Source: Octopus vulgaris (taxonomy: Eukaryota). Taken from it: a stretch of DNA of 64,000 nucleotides. The notes under the pieces are model-generated. The model was given only the letters and a program-made list of their open reading frames with translations, had not been told where the DNA came from and made no database searches. The position numbers and the translations under genes are program-made. Positions 56,966 through 64,000 of the stretch are shown one piece after another; position 1 is the stretch's first letter; each line of letters begins with the position of its first letter. The DNA is taken from NCBI GenBank assembly GCA_951406725.2, contig OX597819.1, forward strand, positions 8,990,001 through 9,054,000, written 5' to 3'.

Positions 56966-57617
56966 ACATAAATATATATATATATAAAATACATTAAAAG
57001 TCAGTTTCAATCTTGCTTTCTTGCTTGTAATGTTACTCAGCGAAACTGGCGCGTAATAGGGAAATACCATGAATTAAGTTTACCCTGAATATTAATACGA
57101 ATCGAATGAAACAAGTTTCGCGTGAATCGGTAAAGTAGTTTTCAAGATATTAGAAATTTTCAGATTATAAATACCCAAAATGGTGCATAATCGGAAAATG
57201 TTCCGAAAATAATCTTCATTCTGAAACGGAAGAAACTCTTATCATTCTACTAGACAGTGAGTTGACAACGAAAACAAAACGATTTTGTTTTGGTTTTTTT
57301 TTTTTTTTTTTACAATTTCTATTTTCGCTTTTGCTAAACACAATATTTTAATCATTTAGAAATATTTTAAAGTGAATGTGATTTCAAAAATGTAAGTTGT
57401 TTGTACAGTAAGTATTTATATTTTAGCTTTCTTTAAACAGACAATATTTTTATGTTGTTTTTTTTTTTACTATTTTCAAGTGAATATCATTACAAAGAAT
57501 TCTTTTGGCATATTTAAAAATATTCTTAAGTGAAAATAACTTTTAAAATACGGTAGATATTACGTAACCTCAGTGTGAAATAGTTTTTTTTTAGTGCATT
57601 CAACGTATCTCCCCTCC

Positions 57618-57736
57618 AAAGATTTAGCTGCTATTTCTAGCACGCCCTGCTACAATGTAAGAGCTATTTGCGATAAAGGGCCCGAAATTCCTGTTACGTG
57701 GTAGCAGGGCGTGCAAAAAATAGCAGCCAAATCTTT
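57618..57736. repeat. Imperfect inverted repeat, ~43 bp arms (MITE-like)
   Basis: aaagatttagctgctatttctagcacgccctgctacaatgtaa / ttacgtggtagcagggcgtgcaaaaaatagcagccaaatcttt. Confidence 0.8.
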
Positions 57737-57812
57737 CCAACCCACGAAACAAAACTCTGTTGCTTGGAAACTCACAGTTTCCCGGTGACCCAACGGGTCA
57801 CGGGTAGTTTAG

Positions 57813-57895
<83 letters not shown>

Positions 57896-58075
57896 TTTAT
57901 AGTAATCTACATACTGTGGCCTGGTACTGAATGTTTAAAAAAGTGTACATCTTCCCAAAATAGCACATATTTAGTATCATTCTAATTATGGTGTATACGA
58001 CAGACATCAGTACAATTGCTAGCAGCGTTGCTTCAGTATTTAAACTATTTCTCGGTGAATTCTAGTAGAAACCGT

Positions 58076-58242
58076 TGGCTGTGTGTAATAAGAAACTTGC
58101 TTCCAAACCACATGGTTCCGGATTCAGTCCTACTGCGTGGCACCTTGGGCAAGTGTCTTCTGCTATAGCTTCGGGCTGACCAAAGCCTTGTGAGTGGATT
58201 TGTTAGACGGAAACTGGAAAGAGCCTGTCGTATGTATGTATG

Positions 58243-58310
<68 letters not shown>

Positions 58311-58540
58311 TGTGAATCTCCGTGTCAGTGTTTGTCCCTCCACGACCACTTGACAACCAGTGTTGGTGTGTTTGCGTCCCTGTAACTTTGTGGTTCGACA
58401 AAAGAAACCGATAGAATAAGTACCAAGCATGAAAAATAAGTACTGGGGTCGTTTCATTGAACTAAAAATTCAAGGCGCTGCTCCAGTATGGCCCAGTCTA
58501 ATGACTGAAACAAGTAAAAGATAAAAAAGATAAAAGATAA
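58076..58540 (+). mobile_element. CORE-type SINE
   Basis: Colinear with 24431-24843; expanded internal (TA)n. Confidence 0.87.
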
Positions 58541-59402
58541 ATCTACAGCTTCCAATGGAGAAAGAGTCGTTCATGTTTTTTCAAGGGCTAAGATGTTTAG
58601 AGAAGTTAGAAACGGAAGCGGCCCCGGACTTAACTTAATGAGTCCCCGTGTATGTAATGTTACTGGTGCTTAAGTCAAGAAGAATGGCATTGAGATACAA
58701 TAAATAATCTGCTAGAATTCTGAACTGACTCCATTGGATTTACATTTTCCTGTTGTGATATTTCAGTGTTCATCGATCTTTGTTTTTCTTTCTCTTTGAC
58801 TTTGCTTTCCCACATGGTTATTAAAGTTGACTAATCACATAGTTTCAATCGTATTCCGTGTGTAATAATCATAAAAACGTTATGTTAATGATTAATATTG
58901 TGAAGGTAAGTTAATCAGTCATCTCTTATAACGCTCTGCGATCACAGTCGTCTCTTTTTTTTTTATGTTACTCAATTTGAGAGGTGAACTAGAGGACATC
59001 ACGAAATTAATTTGAACCTCAGTGAGAGACTGTAATTAAAATTGGACTGCTGACATAACAAAATGGGGTATCGATGTTGAAAGCAAGAAGTAGCATTAGT
59101 GTTGACTGATATTATCCCCAAGTCTGTCGGTAAAGTTTACAGAACAATGTTTTTTATGATTTTTTTTACCCTTAATATCGAAGAGACGTCAGATCATTAG
59201 TTTTTGGTATTTTTAATCTGTTTAAAATCTGACAGATCAATATGCTCCAAAATATATTTTCCAAAAATCTATTTAATCTTTTAAAGACATTCCGTCATTG
59301 AGAACTATATTGATCTAGGTACAGAGATCCAAGGCACATATCTATATTCCAATTAGTTTCACTTTAACTTTCAATTACTGTACAAATGGTGAGTTGTACT
59401 AT

Positions 59403-59786
59403 GGAAGCACTCCGTCGGTTACGACGACGAGGGTTCCGGTTGATCCGAATCAACGGAACAGCCTGCTCGTGAAATTAACGTGTAAGTGGCTGAGCACTCC
59501 ACAGACACGTGCACCCTTAACGTAGTTCTCGGGGATATTCAGCGTGACACAGAGAGTGACAAGGCCGGCCCTTTGAAATACAGGTACAACAGAAACAGGA
59601 AGTAAGAGTGAGAGAAAGTTGTGGTAAAAGAGTACAGCAGGGATCACCACCATTCGCTGTCGGAGCCTCGTGGAGCTTTTAGGTGTTTTCGCTCAATAAA
59701 CACTCACAATGCCCGGTCTGGGAATCGAAACCGCGATCCTACGACCGCGAGTCCGCTGCCCTAACCACCGGACCATTGCGCCTCCA
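59403..59786 (-). mobile_element. tRNA-derived SINE, full length, with 12 bp TSD
   Basis: Near-identical to 11393-11777; TSD gagttgtactat at 59391-59402 and 59791-59802. Confidence 0.92.
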
Positions 59787-60497
59787 CTAAGAGTTGTACT
59801 ATATCCATCATTAGTCAAGTTTTAACCAATTAAATGTGAACCTTGGTGAACCTTCATTTGTTTGATAAAGCTTCTCACATTTGATATCATCTTATCATTT
59901 GATATCATCTTGCCAATCATACAAGCTTCACTTCCCTGATGTGTCTGTTTTTTGTGTGAAAGAAATATCGATATAAAATTCTGTATTCTATTTTGATTCA
60001 TTGATTATAAATTATCATGTTTTAGGAAGCTTCCCAATTATTATGTTTATTTTTATGCTATACACAGAGTGCAAACGTTTGGATTCTTAGGAATATTGCA
60101 AATTATTTAAATAGCTTCAAATGCCCATATGGCGATTGCATAGGGCATAATCATTTCTTATCTAGGACACTATAGCCGTACTTCACTTTCTAACTCGCAG
60201 ATACAGGAGAAGATATGAAGGATGATGAAATGTATACATCAGGCCATTTAATGAAAGTTATTTGATTGGAAAGAGGGTGGAAGAATCAGGAAATATAAAT
60301 ATTTTTTTTAAAGCCGTAAAAGAGGGATTGGAAAATTGTTTTTTAAAAGTTGTGTAAACCGTCAAATGAGCAAGGAAACAGAAATGAGGAATTCAGAAGA
60401 GTAGAAGAAAAAAGAGTAAGATGAGTACATAATAGGAGAGCAAATAAATGAATGAATGGATTTATTTGTTCAGTTCTTTTTGTACAGACTTTTGAGG

Positions 60498-60624
60498 AAA
60501 GGCATTCTAGCCATGACCATCCTGGTTTTATGCTTGCTTTTTCTGTTAGCAAAAAAAAAAAACCCAGAAAAAGCAAGCATAAAACCAGGATGGTCATGGC
60601 TAGAATGCCTTTTTTTTTTGCTAA
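60498..60624. repeat. Perfect ~48 bp-arm inverted repeat with a second interleaved inverted repeat
   Basis: 60498-60545 is the reverse complement of 60565-60612; spacer ttagcaaaaaaaaa is the reverse complement of tttttttttgctaa ending at 60624. Confidence 0.9.
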
Positions 60625-61236
60625 GTGGGTTGTTTGATTCAGATGCTGTATTTCTCAGATTCCAATTTGTCCTTCTTTTTAAAGAAGCACAGACTGTTAT
60701 TTAAAAGTAATTTGGCTACTATTCCTACAAGGTCGTGCGACTTCTGAGGATCCCACATTTACGTTGGGACTAAAAGAGTAGTGAGAGGGGATATAGGGGT
60801 TGTGAATGGGAAATATTGTGAAATGGAAAAAAAGCATTTACTGAGGAGATTCTAACTGTAAAAGAGAGAGAAAGAAAGAGTATGAGAGGGAAGGAGGGAG
60901 GGAGGGTAAGCAAGAGAAAAGATGGAAAGACATAGAGATAATAGATGAGAGGGGTAGTATAGAAACCATAAGAAAGAGACAGTGAGCTGAGGAAGGGCTG
61001 ACTAGATAAAAGGTAAGATTAGTGGTGGAGAGTGAGGCGGAGAGGATTCAATGTAAAAGAAAGAATTAAAAAGTTAAATGCAGATTCAGAGACAGGGATA
61101 ACACAACATTTCTGTTGGTGGTTGTGGTGGGTGGTAGCACTGCGATGGTATCTGGAGGGGAACAAAGATTAAATGAAGCAAATGACATAAAAAATATAAA
61201 AAGGGAGGAGTAGGAGGAGGAGAAGTAGGCGGATGG

Positions 61237-61668
61237 AGAAGAAGAAGACAAAGAAGAAGAAGAAGAAGAAGAAGAAGAAGAAGAAGAAGAAGAAGAAGAA
61301 GAAGAAGAAGAAGAAGGAGGAAGAAGAAGAAGAAGAAGAAGAAGAAGAAGAAGCAGAAGAAGAAGAAGAAGAAGAAGAAGAAGAAGAAGAAAACGAAGAA
61401 GGAGAAGAGAAGAAGAAGAAGAAGAAGAAGAAGAAGAAGAAGAAGAAGAAGAAGAAGAAGAAGAAGAAGAAGAAGAAGAAGAAAAGAAGAAGAAGAAGAA
61501 GAAGAAGAAGAAGAAGAAGAAGAAGAAGAAGAAGAAGAAGAAGAAGAAGAAGAAGAAGAAGAAGAAGAAGAAGAAGAAGAAGAAGAGAAGAAGAAGAAGA
61601 AGAAGAAGAAGAAGAAGAAGAAGAAGAAGAAGAAGAAGAAGAAGAAGAAGAAGAAGAAGAAGAAGAAG

Positions 61669-61698
<30 letters not shown>
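61237..61698. repeat. ~460 bp (GAA)n tract
   Basis: Directly visible. Confidence 0.97.
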
Positions 61699-61699
<1 letters not shown>

Positions 61700-62386
61700 G
61701 AACTTGCTTTGTGGTTTCGTTTTTTTTTTTCTTTTACTGTCTCTTAAGGGACATTTTTTTTCTGGTCTCACTTTACGCATGGTTGTTGTCCGCGGCCATT
61801 AGTTTAAAAGTATTTCTTACATTTTACGGTTTGCGAAGTCAAATAATAATAATAATAATAATTTTACATTATTAACAGAAAGTCAGATATTAATAGGAAA
61901 ATCGTTGTAAACGATTGACATGAGCTCGGGTTATAATTGGTACTTATTTGATACAAGAAAAACCGTCAAGATCAAACCCAACGGAATTTGAAATAAAAAA
62001 TTGAATGCACGAAGTTAAAAGCAATGATGCAGTATCCGCTAGTCTCTCCACTGCTCCTTAATGTTGCACAATTTACAAGGCTACAAATTTATGGGAAACG
62101 TGAAGTTAGTTGATTCAATATTCACATTATTATTGGTATTGGGGAGCCGGCGAGCTGGCAGTCCCGTTAGCACACCGGACGAAATGCTTAGCAGTATTTC
62201 GTTCGTCTTTACGTCCTGATTTCAAATTCTTCGAGGTCGACTATACCTCTCATCGTGTCGGGGTAGATGAAATAAGTACCGAAATTGGGACAATGCAAAA
62301 AAGATGTAGCTAAATACCACAAAGCCGCTTATTAAGAATTACAAAGTTTCTACTAACGCTTTTTCTCCTGTAACTTTAGGAGCATT

Positions 62387-62604
62387 CTCTTTTACTCTTT
62401 TACTCTTTTACTTGTTTCAGTCATTTGACTGCGGCCATGCTGGAGCACCGCCTTTAGTCGAGCAAATCGACCCCGGGACTTATTCTTTGTAAGCCCAGTA
62501 CTTATTCTATCGGTCTCTTTTTGCCGAACCGCTAAGTGACGGGGACGTAAACACACCAGCATCGGTTGTCAAGCAATGCTAGGGGGACAAACACAGACAC
62601 ACAA

Positions 62605-62635
<31 letters not shown>

Positions 62636-62806
62636 CATATATACGACAGGCTTCTTTCAGTTTCCGTCTACCAAATCCACTCACAAGGCATTGGTCGGCC
62701 CGGGGCTATAGCAGAAGACACCTGCCCAAGATGCCACGCAGTGGGACTGAACCCGAAACCATGTGGCTGGTTAGCAAGCTACTTACCACACAGCCACTCC
62801 GGCGCC
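62387..62806 (-). mobile_element. CORE-type SINE, full length
   Basis: Reverse complement of 24431-24843. Confidence 0.92.
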
Positions 62807-63163
62807 ATTAATGACTAATAACTTTTTGAGTCCATAATGATTTCTAAAATTGAAAAAAAAAAAAAACACGAATATGAGGAAAAAGAAAAGTAGAATATAT
62901 CAGCCCTGGAACTGGACTGACACTTTATTTTATCGACCTTGGGACAATGGAAGTTTTTGCCGTAATAACAATAAAATATAAGCGATAATTAAATGAATGC
63001 CCAACTGTTTCTCCAATTACCATATTATGTAAGACCAAATCGATGATATTATGTAAGACCGAATCGAATTGGCCAAATCGATGAGCTATCAGTCTTTCAT
63101 TCTTTCAGAATCGATAGAGTATTAGTCCAGTCTTCGGCTCGCTTTCTCTCGCTCTTTCTCTCA

Positions 63164-63239
<76 letters not shown>

Positions 63240-63240
63240 C

Positions 63241-63279
<39 letters not shown>

Positions 63280-63406
63280 ATCTCTCTCCTTCTCTCTCTC
63301 TCTCTATCTATCTATCTCCTCTCTCCTCTCTCTCTTTCTCTTTCCCGCACTCTCTCCTTCTCTCTCTCTCTCTATCTCCCTCTGTCTTCCCCCTCTCTGG
63401 ATTGTA

Positions 63407-63890
63407 TTGAGCCATCCCATAAATAATGCGGTTTTTTATACTTCTATTTTTCAAAGTTAAGATAAACTAAGTTCTTTTTGAATCTAAAGCATACTTTCCA
63501 CCCTTTTCTACAATGCTCTTCCATTCTATCTGGTAGACTTGCAAAGCCCCTCTTCCAAAATTCACTTGTCCGTGATGAAAAATTCTCCTCCCGTACTGTT
63601 CTGACCTCGTCTACAGAATTCATATTTTTCCGTCCAAATGATTTTGTAGACGGCAGATAAAATGATAATTCGATGGGGCAACGTCCAGCGAATATGGTGG
63701 GGGGGGGGCATCGTTTCCCATTCAAACTGCTCCAGCCTTTGGAATGTAATCCTCGCTGTATGTAGACGAGCATTATCTTGATGGAAGAACACCTTTCGAC
63801 TTGAAACCAAAGATGATCCTTTTTTCCTTTTTCTTCTAGCGCTGACTTAAGACTCTCAAGCTGCTCGTAGTAGATCTCCTTTGTTAACGT
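63407..63890 (-). mobile_element. Mariner 3' fragment of a different subfamily
   Basis: TA|ttgagccatcccataaataatgcggtttt TIR-like end; minus strand FFHQDNARLHTARITFQRLEQFEWETMP, PYSLDVAPSNYHF and EFWKRGFASLPDR. Confidence 0.88.
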
Positions 63891-64000
63891 TTACGATGGA
63901 AAGGTAAAAGACGAAGTCGAAACTAACAGTTCATAAGCTTTTAATATGAAAGAACCGCAAAGTATATTGTCTGAACCTCGGAGAAAATGATTGCCTGAAA

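Noticed and set aside
61169-61802. Poly-K/E/R and poly-S/L/F ORFs
   Set aside because: Translations of the (GAA)n tract.

Overview
AT-rich, repeat-saturated animal genomic DNA, intergenic or deep intronic. The SINE families and extreme microsatellite density suggest an octopus or other coleoid cephalopod (inference). I can support no host protein-coding exon, and nearly all ORFs in the track are microsatellite artefacts. The window holds two full-length but disrupted irritans-type mariners, a third mariner fragment, a decayed Helitron helicase, four non-autonomous Helitrons, R4/Dong-like and RTE LINE fragments, many tRNA-derived SINEs (CORE-type, Nin/Deu-type and a modular tail-sharing group), a ~550 bp (TAA)n-embedded repeat, and several Penelope-like (PLE) remnants. 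The most interesting signal is at the RNA level: at least five sequence families of hammerhead-ribozyme-like motifs. Two diverged copies (44206-44280, 52493-52567) carry all hammerhead core elements in a non-circularly permuted, pseudoknotted strand order with compensatory base changes. A 2.3 kb near-perfect PLE palindrome carries a U3:A8-variant hammerhead at each outer end. All folds and identities were worked out by eye.
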